Below are positions 13,485 through 25,672 of a stretch of DNA of 64,000 nt, piece by piece. This stretch comes from Paraspadella gotoi (taxonomy: Eukaryota; Animalia; Chaetognatha). The position numbers were made by a program, and so were the translations under genes. Numbering within the stretch: position 1 is the first letter of the stretch; each line of letters starts with the position of its first letter. The notes beneath the pieces were generated by a model, which saw only the letters and a program-made list of their open reading frames with translations, did no database searches and had not been told where the DNA came from. The stretch lies in contig CM119267.1 in the NCBI GenBank assembly GCA_051294375.1, positions 5,384,578 to 5,448,577 of the forward strand, in the 5' to 3' direction.

Positions 13485-16400
13485 GTCTGTCTCTCTCTCT
13501 CTGTCTCTGTGTCTTTCTCTCTCAGGTGGAAAGCGAGATCGAGCTGGAAAAAGTTATGGCAAAACTGTGCGGACGGCAACCGGTGACGTCGGTCAGAGCC
13601 AGCAGCACATAGATTCGGCGAACCTGCATGGAGGCGGCGATGTTCGGATCGGGTTCCGGTTCCGGAGCGGCGGCGGCAGCGGCGCCATCCTGATCCGCTG
13701 CCTCTTCCTTAAAAACGTCCTCTTGCGTCGAGGCGATTCCCATCGCCGTTGCTTTGTTCATCTGTTTATAATGTTAATGACAATTAATTTGGTTCTTATT
13801 ATTAAATCCAATAAAAGTTCACGAAACGGAATTGGTCTTGCCTGAGGAAAAGCCGCAATCTTCATCGGCGCCGATATAGAATATTTCCCGGGTTTCCTTT
13901 CGGAGGCGGCGTCGGTTTTGACGGCGATCCCGATGCCGCGCCGATCTCCGGAAGTGGAATCGGCGTCATCCTCCTGAATTGATCGACATCTTCGTATCTT
14001 CACTCCGAGCCGTTCAAAGAAAAGATTAAGCGTCCTTTACCCTTCGAAGATCCTCGAGGCTGTTGTCGTCGGGATCCGTCTCCGCGTCGGAGCTCTCGAT
14101 GGCTTCGAAGGGCGAACAATCGTCGGCCCCCACCTCCTCCAATTCTTCTTCCTCCGCCTCTTCATCCTCGGGAGCCTTCTCCGTTTCTTCGACGTCCATG
14201 GCAAAGAGGCCGTCCGTGGGAGAATCCTTTCGAGCCGCGCTGAACGACGGAATGGGTTTTTTTTTTTTTTTTAGCTCGGATGAATTCGGTTTCTTTCACG
14301 ATTTTTCTTTTTTTTTATTAGAAAAAAAGCGATTCCCACCACCTAGTGGCGTTGTTGTTGTTGTTGTTGTTAAAGTTGCCGTCGCGACCCTCGTTGGGCG
14401 AGGCGAGCGTCATGGGCTTCAAAACGGTGGCAGGGGAACCTCCCGCCCGGGAAGAGTCGGTCTCGACCAAACCACCGAAGCCGGGGGAGCGAAGGGCGAG
14501 GGGAGAGCCTAGATTAGAGGAGTGCAGCGAGGTTATTGTTGGAGCGAAACTTTTTGCGGCCCCCTATTATCAGAAACCGAGGAAAACCCAGAATCGGAAG
14601 CGATGAGATCAAAGAAAGTTAAAGATTGGCGAGAAGGTTGAGAACGAAATGTTTTTTAAACATGTATAATTCTCTTTTCACCTATGTTGATTGGAGCCGT
14701 GGGAACGCCGGGGTAATTTACGCTGGGTCCGATGTTGATGGGCCGCGCTGGGGCGGATTCGCGTCGGGACCTAGCGCCCCCACCAGCGCCACAGACGGCA
14801 CCGTGCTGTGCGTTCAGAGTCTTGACGGCCGTCGAATTATCGAGACAGTTGGACCGCAAAAGGTTGAGCAAGTAACTCCGATCGCGACGAGCCTTATCCG
14901 CTTTCGACTCGAACGCCTCTCGTTGCTCCTCCTCGAATTTCCTGCCAGACGGTTTCATAAGTAAAATTTCTATTTTAAATTTAATTAAAAATAAAACAAG
15001 TTTGAGCAAACAATGTCGGATCTGCCCACGATCATTATCAGTAATTAATTAATAATTAATCAATAAGTTATTAATTAATTAAATCCCAAATGTTTGTTTT
15101 TAGGTCTTTTCGTCACTAACCACGACAAAAGCAATGACGACGATGAGAATAATACCGATAACGATTGACTTAATTGATTGACTGATTATTTAATTATTGA
15201 TTAATTAATTGACTAATTGATTAATTAACTGATTAATTACTTGATTAATTAATACATCATACCTTTACATTTAATATAAAAATAAAAAGAAGCATAATCA
15301 ATTATTAAAACAGGTTTTTTGTTTTTTCCATTTAAACTCATTTCCACTCAGACGATTCCATCGAAACTTGATTTCCAGCTTAATCACACACTTTCCTACC
15401 CAAATAGAAAATTTCAGGTCAATCGCCCCATCCACTCATGAGTAATTGGGGTTCAAATAGTGAAATATATTTTTTTTGGTTTTTTCCATTTAAACTCATT
15501 TCCACTCGGACGATTCCATCGAAACTTTATATCCAGCTCAATCACACATTTCCTACCCACTAGAGCGTTCAAAGATAACAAAATATAAGTTATTAAATTT
15601 CATTCATAATTATTTTACTGTAATAAGGTCTTAAGAATTCGATGGTGATGACCATTTTTTTGCATAATTTCATCTTTCTTGTCGGAAATGACGATTTTTA
15701 ATGTATATAAAATACTAATAAAATAGGGCAAACATTATAAGTTATGATAAATAAAATTATTAAAAATTTTTAAAATTTACATGAGCTTTTAAAATATAAA
15801 AATAAGGACCTATAAAAATATTTTGATAAATTTATTTCTCAATTTTATGTTTTATTAAAAGTTATTTAGCTATATTTATTAATAAATATGAATAAAAATT
15901 AGGTTAAAGTTAAAAAATAATAATTTTAAAAAAATTATCCCGGATTCGCATTCCTTGCAAAAAGTTGATATAAGAAAATATAATTTTTATTAAAAAATTA
16001 TGTCATTAAGCTGGTCAAAATTTAGTAAAACTATAATTTTAAGCCAAAAATAATAAAATTAGACAAAAAACATAGTTTTTAACATTTTTAACCAACTTAA
16101 TGAAAGAATTTGTTAAAATGGATTTTACTTTCTTATATCAACTTTTGGCAAGGAATTCAAATCCGGTTTTCAAATATCAAAATATTTATTTTTTCACTTT
16201 AGCATATTTTTAACTAATAATTATTAATAAATATAGCTAACAAGCTGTTAATAAAATATAAAATTTGTAAATAAACTTACCGAAATATTTTTATGGGTCT
16301 TTATTTTCATATTATATAAGCTAAATATGACTTTTATAAAATTTTAATAATTTTAGTTTCTTAAACTCTACAATGTTTGCGCCATTTTAATAGCACCTTA

Positions 16401-19400
16401 AATGCTTTAAAAATCGCCGCAAGGAAGATGAAACTATACCAAAAAATCTTAAAAGCATAAGGATCGTCGCAATTGCATAAGAAAAATCTGGATTGACGAC
16501 AAATTTTGATACTAAAAAAAATCAATTTTGAAAAAAAAAAATTTATAAACAGAAAGAAAAAGAAGAAAAGAATAAATAAAGAATAGAAAGGAAAGAAAGA
16601 GTAGAAAAAAAAAGAATAGAAAGGAAAGAAAGGAAAGAAATAAAAGAAAGAATAGAAAGGAAAGAAAGAATAGAAAGGAAAGAAAGAATAGAAAGGAAAG
16701 AAAGAATAGAAAGGGGAAAAAAAGAAAATTAATTTATAAACAGAAAGAAAAATTCTATTTTGCGATTGTCAATTTACAGTTAGTTTCTGAAAAAAGAATA
16801 AATATAAAACGGTAAAATAACTTATTTTCGAGTTTAATTTTTAGCAGGTGCGAAGACTGGAGTAACATTATTGAAGGTACTTTTGTTTTACTTTAAGCAC
16901 GCATAAGCGAGCAGTTTGATCGAATGCGACCTCTCTAAACACTGTCAGCATTCCCAGACAAAAGACAAAGTGAAACTTGAATCAGACTGACGAAGTGAAG
17001 TAAAGACTAAAGTGAAATAAAAAACCGATGTTACTATAGCAAAATGATAACATGCACGAATGCGATGCCTAATTTTACGAGTTCAATCCCAATTCAATTT
17101 TTTTTTAAATAAAAACACAGAGAGAGAGAGAGAGAGAGAAAAGAAGGAAATCAAATGGCAGCAGCAGAAGCAGCAGGAGAAAAGAGAGAAAAAGAGAGAG
17201 CCCCTGCAGAGCCAGCTGCAGACTCAAAAGGCAGCAGCAAAAGCAGCAGGAGAAAATAAAGAAAAAGAATAAGCCCCTGCAGAGCCAGCTGCAGACTCGT
17301 TTTTTTCCCTATGATTATGAATCAGTGAATAGGGAAAAGAAAGAGGGAGAAATATGTAAATAAAAGAGAGAAAATTTGTTTGTTTTGATAAAACGTAAAC
17401 AAAACATATTTAATAACTGTCCAGACTCAATTTTAAGCACATCGATGATGAGAAGCTGTATATAAATTTTCAGCTTCATACACCCAAATTTAATCATAAA
17501 AAAGGCGATCTATAATTTGGAACGCCGACGACGACGACGACGCCGACGCCACTTATGCGCAAAAGTGTTACAATATGGTTATCATCATCGAATTCCCCAG
17601 ACTTTATTACATTAAAACAATAATGAATGGAATTAAATATCTTATATTTTGTTATCTTTGAATGCTCTACTACCCACACACAAGATTTCATTCCAATCCA
17701 TCCATCCAATTACGAGTAATTGGTGTTTATTGCTAAGGTGGGACGGACGGACAGACGGACGGACGAACATTTTTTTTTGCATAATTTATCATAATTCGAT
17801 GTTCTGACATGATATAAGTGAGTGCCCGACAATATTGAGGGGGCGGACCGACGGACCGACAAAGTAAATTATAGAGTCGGGATCTGCTGATAATCTTTAA
17901 ACCTCCGTTTCGTTTATTTTCTTTAGTTTGTTGTTATTTTCGCAAATGAAATAGTTTCGCATATGTAATGATTACGAGACTTTGAACCTCTCTAAAAACT
18001 CGAACAAACTCAAGAGTGTTTTTTTAATAAATTTTGTGATGGGAGTCAAATAACGGTGAAGGAACCGAAAAGTGGTTAGAAAAAAATTTAGAAAAAGTTA
18101 TCGCTTTTCAAAAACTGGTAAAAAGAAAAAAAAAAAACGCGGAATATATAATATAATATCGTTGGGAAATTTGACGATTAATAATGATTGAATGATGCCT
18201 TTCGAAGTTACTCGGCTCCCTCACTTAATTTTAAGCTCCAATGCGGTTTCCTCCTCCTGTAAGTATTTCGACAACTGGCGCTGTAACGTCCCCGTCACGA
18301 GTTGGTGGATCATGTTTTGGCTTTCGACGATCGACGGAGACGGCATCGAAGATATTCGACGACCTGGAAAACAAATTTTTTTTTTTTTTGAGGAAAAAAG
18401 TTTTTGTTTTTGTTTTTTGTTTTTTTTCCTCGTTTTCTCTTTCTTTATCTATTTTCTGTAACTCGGCTAATTGGGGAAAGACTTTCGATCCTTCGGTCCC
18501 CCCCTCCGATGACCCTTAGAAAGGAAAAAAAAAATAACATGCCAAAAACGTCAAAACTCGTCCCTCGGCTAATAGAAGAAGAAAAACTATCCCAAATCGT
18601 TTTTGCACTGGATTTTTAACGAAATAGTAGAGAGAACACGTTTATCGATCCGACTTTCGAGAGGAGTCCTTCGCTTGGGTAAACAAAATCAGGAACCGTA
18701 AATTTAAGGACGTGTCGAGAATTTTTTTTTTTTTACCAACATATATTTTTTAATAATCTTTTAAAAAAATCTACAGCCATAGAAGAATTTTATTTATAAA
18801 GTAGTACAATGCATACTTTAACCATTAAAAAAAGGAAGAATAATTAACCGAATGAAAATAATTTTGGCGAGATGAATCACCACATCGACGTTTCGGATAA
18901 CTTTGGACCAGAAGAAAAAAACGATTTTAAAGTAAATGCTAATAAACACACAAAATAAGTAAACATGCCAGTCCCTCCTCAATCGATAAATGAATAAATG
19001 AATAAATTCTGAATATTCAACTGAAAAAAAAAAATTACCGGTACTGTTGGGAGAAAAGCTCGTGGAGAAACCTTGAGGACTTGTCGGTGCAAACTCGGGC
19101 GGAGACATTTGAGTGGGCGAAAAGGTCTCACTTCTCCCAGTTCCGAATCTAAACCGGATTGGGGAGGTGGCAGCATTAGTCGGCGACTACTTGTACAATA
19201 AGGCGTAGCTAAATTTCTAAATTTAACTTTAATTAAAATTCTAAAAGTGAGGAACGAACAACATTATATTAATGAACATTTATGTAATAAAAAATTTATA
19301 ATAAATTTTAAAATTTACGCAGTAGGCCATATTTATACTAGTACTAAATCAATAAATGTTAAAATTTCAAAACAGTTTTTTCTAAGATTTTTTTTGCAGA

Positions 19401-20632
19401 TTTGGATTCGTCATAAAAAGTTGATAAAGAAATATAACTTTTTTTGAAAAATTCCTTCATTAAGTGGCTCAAAAATTAAAAAAAGCTATATTTTAAGCTG
19501 AAAATTAACTTTTTATATTTAAATAATAGTTTTCTTAATTTTTAACCCACTTAATGAAAAGAATTTTTAAAATGGATTTATATTTTCTTATATCAACTTT
19601 TGAGGAAGGAATTCAAATCTGCAATCAAAATTAAATAAGCTTATTTTGAAATTTTTCGATTTTATAAGGATAGTACTATATATAAAATATAGCCTACTGC
19701 GAAAATTAAAAACATAAAATTAATTTTTTTTACAAATTAATGTTCACTGATGGTATGTTGTTCATAATTGACTTTTAGAATTTTCGTATGTAATTTCACT
19801 ACGCCTTATGTACAATATATACAATATACAATATACAATATACGTACAATATTTTTGTTCGTTTCTTTTTACCTGTCACCGCCTATAGAAGAACCCCAGG
19901 TCGTAGGCAAGACGATTTGATACAAGGGAGAAAAGTCTTGACTCTGACTCAACTGATGAATCTTCTTCGTATCGCTGGAGACGGAAAAGAAAAAAGTGAA
20001 AAGTAATCGAAACCGAAATAATTGACATTCACGACGATGGAGCGAAATAAAAAAACCACCTGATCATCTGCGTGACGTTGACAAGCATGACGTGCGGAGA
20101 GGGAGACGTGGGCGACGTCGTCCTCGGACCTGGGGCGAGGTTGGAAGAGAAGCCGCAGCAGTGCGTCGGAGTCTTACAATTGAGGCAAACGAAAAACGAC
20201 CAATTGCCGACTTCGGAAGAAGAGGCGAGCAGAGGTTGCTCCTTTAGTGGGAAAGAGAGAAAAAAAGATTTACGTGCGTTTAGGTAATACGAAACTTAAC
20301 TCTTATAAAAATTTGCCTTGTTGCTGTTCTCTTTCCCTATGACGATTTTACGAATTAGATCATTGAGCCAAGACCTTTTCCCCTATTCTCCCGGTGACCA
20401 AAGTGCCCAAAGTGCCCAAACTCACGTTTCTGACACCGCCGACGTCGAGTTCCATTTGAGCGACTTCGTTGCTGCCCTGGAAGATGGCCTGCGCCAGTTG
20501 ATCTTCCGTCAGACGATAGTCGCGCGGGTTGACCAACCTCACTTCGCCGCCCACCGGCGTCCGCGGGTGAATTTTCACGTTGAGGCATTTGCACGTGAAA
20601 GTCGTCGTCGCCGTCGTTGAGCGCGATGCCAT
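10692..20632 (-). CDS. AKT1S1: PRAS40/AKT1S1 (Lobe-like long invertebrate form), ~12 exons
   Basis: Spliced by hand: N-terminal CKCLNVKIH and WSFFVCLNC..TH; coiled coil LQRQLSKYLQEEETALELKIKKFEEEQR; TOS-like GLFAMDVEE; YSISAPMKI; PDPNIAASMQ|ALA..FGERPRRRLNT (Akt-site motif like RPRLNT246). Internal exon borders are approximate; the stop may be 10869 if the last small exon is unused. Confidence 0.85.
11034..11290 (-). mobile_element. tRNA-related SINE-like repeat, copy A
   Basis: Minus strand has A-box-like tagcttggatag and B-box ggttcaatcc; homologous to 11323-11580 (inverted) and 60938-61081. Confidence 0.65.
11323..11580 (+). mobile_element. tRNA-related SINE-like repeat, copy B (head-to-head with copy A)
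   Basis: Shares ctcagctcgtcccatt, gcataaacatgccagtga and tgcaggtccaaag with the reverse complement of copy A. Confidence 0.65.
11695..13330 (+). CDS. Nested antisense gene: type I membrane protein with signal peptide, one Ig-like domain, TM and short tail (~377 aa, 7 exons)
   Basis: Exons 11695-12161, 12236-12344, 12414-12442, 12595-12732, 12796-12996, 13072-13158 and 13228-13330 join through six GT-AG introns into one open frame. Signal MLVSFSIVLILQLLAVRA; Ig-like WRCYGRCEGECKFEWVK..NGSTLRIEDM..EYRCRV; TM FLIYIFSMLLGIVLMGVITWFVG followed by KRKEKK. Confidence 0.75.
13437..13523. repeat. (CT)n microsatellite
   Basis: Direct inspection. Confidence 0.95.
15655..16446. mobile_element. AT-rich fold-back (long imperfect inverted repeat) element
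   Basis: Arms pair, e.g. ccggattcgcattccttgcaaaaagttgatataagaaa with tttcttatatcaacttttggcaaggaattcaaatccgg, and tagctatatttattaataa with ttattaataaatatagcta; centre ~16050. Confidence 0.8.
16539..16752. repeat. Purine-rich 17-bp minisatellite (aagaatagaaaggaaag)n flanked by a ~21-bp direct repeat
   Basis: aatttataaacagaaagaaaa occurs at ~16540 and 16731 on either side of the array. Confidence 0.85.
17118..17298. repeat. (GA)n plus an imperfect ~70-bp tandem duplication
   Basis: gcagcag.a.gcagcaggagaaaa...gcccctgcagagccagctgcagactc present twice. Confidence 0.85.
19199..19808. mobile_element. Fold-back MITE with perfect 10-bp TIR (taaggcgtag/ctacgcctta) and a tgtacaa target duplication
   Basis: TIRs at 19199-19208 and 19799-19808; tgtacaa at 19192-19198 and 19809-19815; long internal inverted arms (cgcagtaggc/gcctactgcg). 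Confidence 0.85.
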
Positions 20633-20973
20633 TTCGTTTTCCCCAAAGTCGAGAGATTGAGAGTAATTCGAAAAATGTTAAATTCTACGAGAGACTCTCA
20701 TGGTCGAAACTCACTAGGGAAAGACGAAGGGGAAAATATTATTATTAATCGGACATACTTAAGTTGTTAATGGTTATCGGAATATCGAATTTTTTTTAAA
20801 AAGGAATATGTAAAAGATCAGGGATAAATCACGAGAGGCGGTCGCGCGAAAAAATAGGATAAAATTTCACATTGTAAAGATTTAACACGGTGTAATAAGT
20901 AACGATGTATAACTTAAAAGTATCAAAAAAGGAGTAATACTACTGCTATGAAAAAAAAAATAAGGGAAGAAAC

Positions 20974-23900
20974 TCATTCTTTTTTGGAAGAAAAATACGG
21001 TCGGGGTTCCAGGCCCGGGACGGACGAGACCTGGCAAATTGAAGAAAGAGCGCGTTGTAGCATGGCAACCTGATTTTTAAGTTCGAGACAAGTGTTGGTA
21101 AGTAGTTGCATGTGATCCGTAAGTTCTCCGGCTTTGGCGGGCGACACTTTCTCGGAGGTTACGACGGGATCGCTGGCGTCGGCGTCCCTCCGCGCGTCGA
21201 GTCGTCGCAGGATGTCCGTCTCAAAGACGCGACGATTTTCCATCTCCGTCCAAACCGACGTCATGAGGTCAAGGTGGGCGCGCCTGGTTTCCCTTTCATG
21301 ACGGAGGTGATCCTCGATCCTTTCGAGCTGAAGTTTTAGAAAAGCGTCGCCTTCTTCTTTTCTTTTGGAGGCGAAAACCCCCGAACGGATCGTCGCTGAC
21401 GGATCCTGGATACCCATGCGTCGTCGCCACGCCCTTTGCAACGTTTCGGCCGCTCGGACGCGTTCGAGATCGGCGGGATCGTCGGCGCGACCCTCAGATC
21501 CGTCGACGCGAATTTCAACTCCGTCTATGGAATCGTCCGCGACGTCGCCGTCGTCCTTCTCTAACTCATCCTCGGTGGCGATGAATTCCCCGGCGCCGGC
21601 TCCATCTAAAAAGTCTTCGCAAATGTCCTCGGTAATGGGCTGCTTTGCGAGGCGCAACAGTTCGCTGTCTGCGCTCGTCTCGGCCAACTCGAGACTCTCG
21701 TCCACGTCTTTTTCCTCGGGGCGAATCTTGATGGAGCATTCCTTCAGCAGCTCGATCCTCGGATTTTCGAGCACGACTGGTTTCGTGGGCGGAGACTCGT
21801 GCGGCAGCGCGGGATTGACAGCTGGAGCGGACGCGGGAATTGCCGCGATTTCGGTCGACGATGCGGGCAGCCGTACCTCACTCCCTAAATGAGTTTTCGA
21901 GTCCGCCCTTATTCTCTTTGGTGAGGAAACTGGAGACGCTTTGTAGAGGGAATCGATGATATCTTGGGAAAGAGGTTTGATCGGGCGACTGTTATAAGCT
22001 TCGTACTTCGATTGAGTCGAAGCTTCCGAATAAACAGAGTCGGAAACGCCCCTGAAAGGATCATCTTCGAGGGAAATTAGCACGTCGTCTTCCTGCGGAC
22101 GATCCCCGTGCGCTCCGACGATTCCGTTAAAAGTGCTGCTTCTCTGCCGCGGAGCGACACCTTTTTCCGGAGACGATTCCGGCGATTTGTTCGGCAAAGA
22201 GTCGCGTTTTCGGCGTAAGTCGCCGCCGCCCACGGGAACCGGATCGAAGCTGAATCCGCCGTTGATGAGTGCCATTTTTTCGCCACCGCGCCGCGTCATC
22301 GGCGCCGTGGATCTCCGCAGCGCCGCATATTCTGGCGTCAGGTTTTTCGCCGACCGGACGGGACGGGAGTCGTACTCTTCGTATTTCGTCTGCTTCGGCG
22401 ACGATTCTTCGAGGAAAGAGGATTTGTGCGCTGGTTTCATGGGTCGTGCGTCATATTCTTGATATTTGGTCATCGATGTCGCCGCCGAAGACGAGGGATT
22501 AGGAGTATTATCCTCTCGACCTTCGCCAGACTGAGCGGCGAAATCAAATTCGGCGCCGCGAAACAGCGCCGGCGCGGACCGACACTCGATACGTCGATCG
22601 TCCTCGTCGTTGATTGCGCCAGGGTTGTCGTCGTCGCTTCGTCGTCGAGGCGCCAGGAAATGAGACTCGGATTCTAGGAGTTTCAGTTTCAGATTCGTTC
22701 GATTCAATTCTCGTTTGGCGACGGATACGCTCTTCACCCGGGGTCGTCGAACTTCCATCGGCTTGGAATCTTGGGTCGACGGAGAGGAAGAGACGTCGGC
22801 GGAGGAAACGACGGACGGCCAGGCGTCACGAGGCGAGACGGATACGCCGCTCGTGACGACGGGAGCGCCGCGGCTCTCGGGCGATGACAAAAGATTAACG
22901 AACGCGTCCGAGACGGATACATCTCCGCCTCTTTCTTCCGGAAAAACGGGAAATCCAGAGGGTTGCGCCAAAAGACAGGGAGTTCCGATCGAGTAAAGGC
23001 GATCTTGCTCGTGTCGAGATTCTTCTTCGTTCTTGTTCCTGCTGCAGTCATTGTTGTTTTTCTCAGCTGCGTCTGACCCGGAATCAACGGAGGACACCAA
23101 CTCGAGCGAATGCAGTTGCTGCTGAGCGAGAATCTTTAAGAGCTTCAGATCTTCCTTGGAGATGCTGCGATCGCGGACGTTCTCGTCGTCTGAGGACGGT
23201 GGCCAGAGTCTGCGCAAATAATCCACCAGTTCGGAGTGCTGCTGCTTAGACGGTTGAAAATGACGACCTTAAAATAAGACCAAGAGTTAATTTTTTTTTT
23301 ATTTAAAACTATAATTCTTTCACAATTAGTGAAGATATTTAGTTAGCTTCACCTTTTCCCTGACTGAGCAGCCACTCGGCTTTCAGACTCTCTTTCTTAG
23401 TTACGATGGCGCCGTCGAGAATCTTCAAATTGAGGCACCAGTTGATCACATATGGACGATAATCAAAATCCGAGACGGAGGCGGCGTCGTAGGGCGGCGC
23501 GGGAGGCGCCACTCGGGGCAAGCCCTCCTCTGCTACGGCGGGGTTGTTCATCACGGAGAGTTGCTCGAGCCCCTGGAGATGAACCAGGTGCGCGACTTCC
23601 GTGAGGTCGCCGATCTCGTTTTCCGCAAGGGAGAGGATGGCGATGGACGTAGGCAGCGAATCCGAGGCGAAGCGGAGGGAAGTGATCATGTTGCCGTGGA
23701 GGAGAAGCGTCGAGAGCGTCTTCATGTGGCGGAAGTCGGTCCCGTCGAGAGCACCGCCTAAGAATGGAGTGTATGAATATTGAATAATTGATTAGTGAAT
23801 AAAATAAATAAAATAACGTTAAAATAAAACGGATGAATATCCTAAAATAGATGGATTTTTTTTTTTTGTTTTTCACCATTTCTCTGGCTTTTCACCCAGT

Positions 23901-25262
23901 CAGTAATCTTGTAACACGACGACCTAGTAGACTAATAACCGTGAACTGATTTTAGTGGTTTCTTATCTAGTATTGTTGTAGACTTTCATTCTCAATCAGA
24001 GAGAAATAAATATAGATACATATTACATGGCTATTTTCTTAATAAAAAAAGACTAAAATAAAGAAGACTAGAAGTAGGGGTAGCCGCACTCAATGGGGTG
24101 AGTCAAAAATTTAGAGCGAGTACATGCTCAAAAGAATATTTAGATATTTTTAAGAATACTTTCAATGGACAAAATATTTCTAATATGGCTCTATACCCTA
24201 GTAATTAATTTTTTAATATTTATTTATAGATAGGAAAGGCCAAAAATTTTTTTTTAATTTTTAAATTTTGAGACCAGATTCAGATAGCTCATAAAAAGTT
24301 GTCTACACAAAGTATGATTCTTTTTTAAATATTTTTAGGATAAGTGTGTCAAAAATAAGAAAAACTGTAAAAAATCATCATCATCGTCATCTTTCGATGA
24401 TTTTATCAGTTTTTTTATATTTTCACATAGAAAACGTAAGAATTTTTAAAAGCTGTAATTATATTTCTTGTTTAACTTTTTATGCTCTATCAGAATCCAA
24501 AAAAATTTAGAATTTAAAAAAAATATTTTTTGCTCTATATAGTAATATAATATTTTTAATTAGGCGAGTACCCTCAGAAGAAAGCATTTTTGACAAAAAA
24601 ATATTTTAATACCATAATCTATGGTCATGATAGATTATTTTAACGCTGTATACATTAGCATTTAAATTTCATCGGCTATGGCTACTAGAACGAACAAAAA
24701 ACTAACAGATAAACTCACCGAGGTTGTTATCTGACATATCGAAATGATTGAGCTTGGAATTTGTGGCAAGAGAGTGGCCAATGTGTTTGATAGAGTTTCC
24801 GGAAAGATTGAGCCATGTCAGTTGCCTACAAAGAAAAAATTGTTCGAATGACAATTCAAGGGAAATTGACGGAAAAGCTAAGAGGAGTCATTACCTGAGT
24901 TCTCTTAGTCCTTCTATGTTGACGATGCTATTATTCGGCAGATTGAGTATTCTTAACTGACGAAGCTTACAAACGCCAGACATTCTCACCAGTCGATTGC
25001 TCGCCAAAGAAATCTAATCAACAAACGAAAACATTTTTTTTTGGTAATCATTCGCGATTCAATTTTTAAAAATTTATCACATCCAATTCTGTCGCACCTT
25101 CTGGAGATGGCCCTGGCATTTTTCCAGTCCTTCAATTTTAGAGATTTGATTGTGATCAAAGATTAGCGTAATAGGCCTTCCGTTTCCTTGAGCTGGGGGT
25201 AGCTTGATTTTCTTGAGTCCGACGTTGGAGAAATCGCCGATCGACTCCTCCATATCAGACAT
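20974..25262 (-). CDS. CEP97: Centrosomal protein 97 (LRR + IQ), 5 exons
   Basis: LRRs ([50 protein letters not shown]); [33 protein letters not shown]|RHF; IQ-like [11 protein letters not shown]. Confidence 0.92.
24074..24688. mobile_element. Degenerate fold-back element in a CEP97 intron
   Basis: gattcagatagctcataaaaagtt pairs with aactttttatgctctatcagaatc; core resembles those at 15940-16165 and 19398-19622; termini poorly defined. Confidence 0.55.
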
Positions 25263-25672
25263 CCTTTTTTTTTATTAGCTCGATCTCCGTCTCGATTCCG
25301 ACGTCGCGACGTTTCGCTCAATCAGTCTCGTCTCTATTACTCTTTCTATGTCCATATCTTGTAAAAAAAATAAGTGTATTAGACTTAGCTAAAACATCGG
25401 TGCAAGAAATCATATTAAATATTCAATGTGAATTATTTTAACTAAAAATCTAGTCTTTCGGAGTGGATGATCACCGAGTTTTGTGAGTCAAAGAATACCT
25501 CTAACTAACCGTACGAAAAACAAAATTAAAATAGTCTAAAAATAAAAATTAGAATACCGTTTCCCCCAAACATCTCGGGAATCGCTTAAAGGACAGAGAC
25601 AAAGAGATAAACGCAAGACAACACAACGACGACGGCGAAAAAGGTCGTCCACTCCCAAAGCGCGATCATCAT

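Larger units (their letters stand above)
14991..17892 (+). mobile_element. Composite DINE-1/Helentron-like element with nested insertions (PRAS40 intron)
   Basis: 5' end ataaaacaagtttgagcaaac; core duplicated at ~15325-15400 and ~15480-15560; (GGAC/AGAC)n at 17740-17768; 3' end aattatagagtcgggatctgctg, shared with 61542-61564. Confidence 0.7.

Noticed and set aside
16550-16730. CRISPR-like or telomeric array
   Set aside because: Tandem purine-rich units without unique spacers; not a telomere motif; eukaryotic intron.
17060-17272. 70-aa Q/E/K-rich ORF
   Set aside because: Product of simple repeats inside a TE stack.
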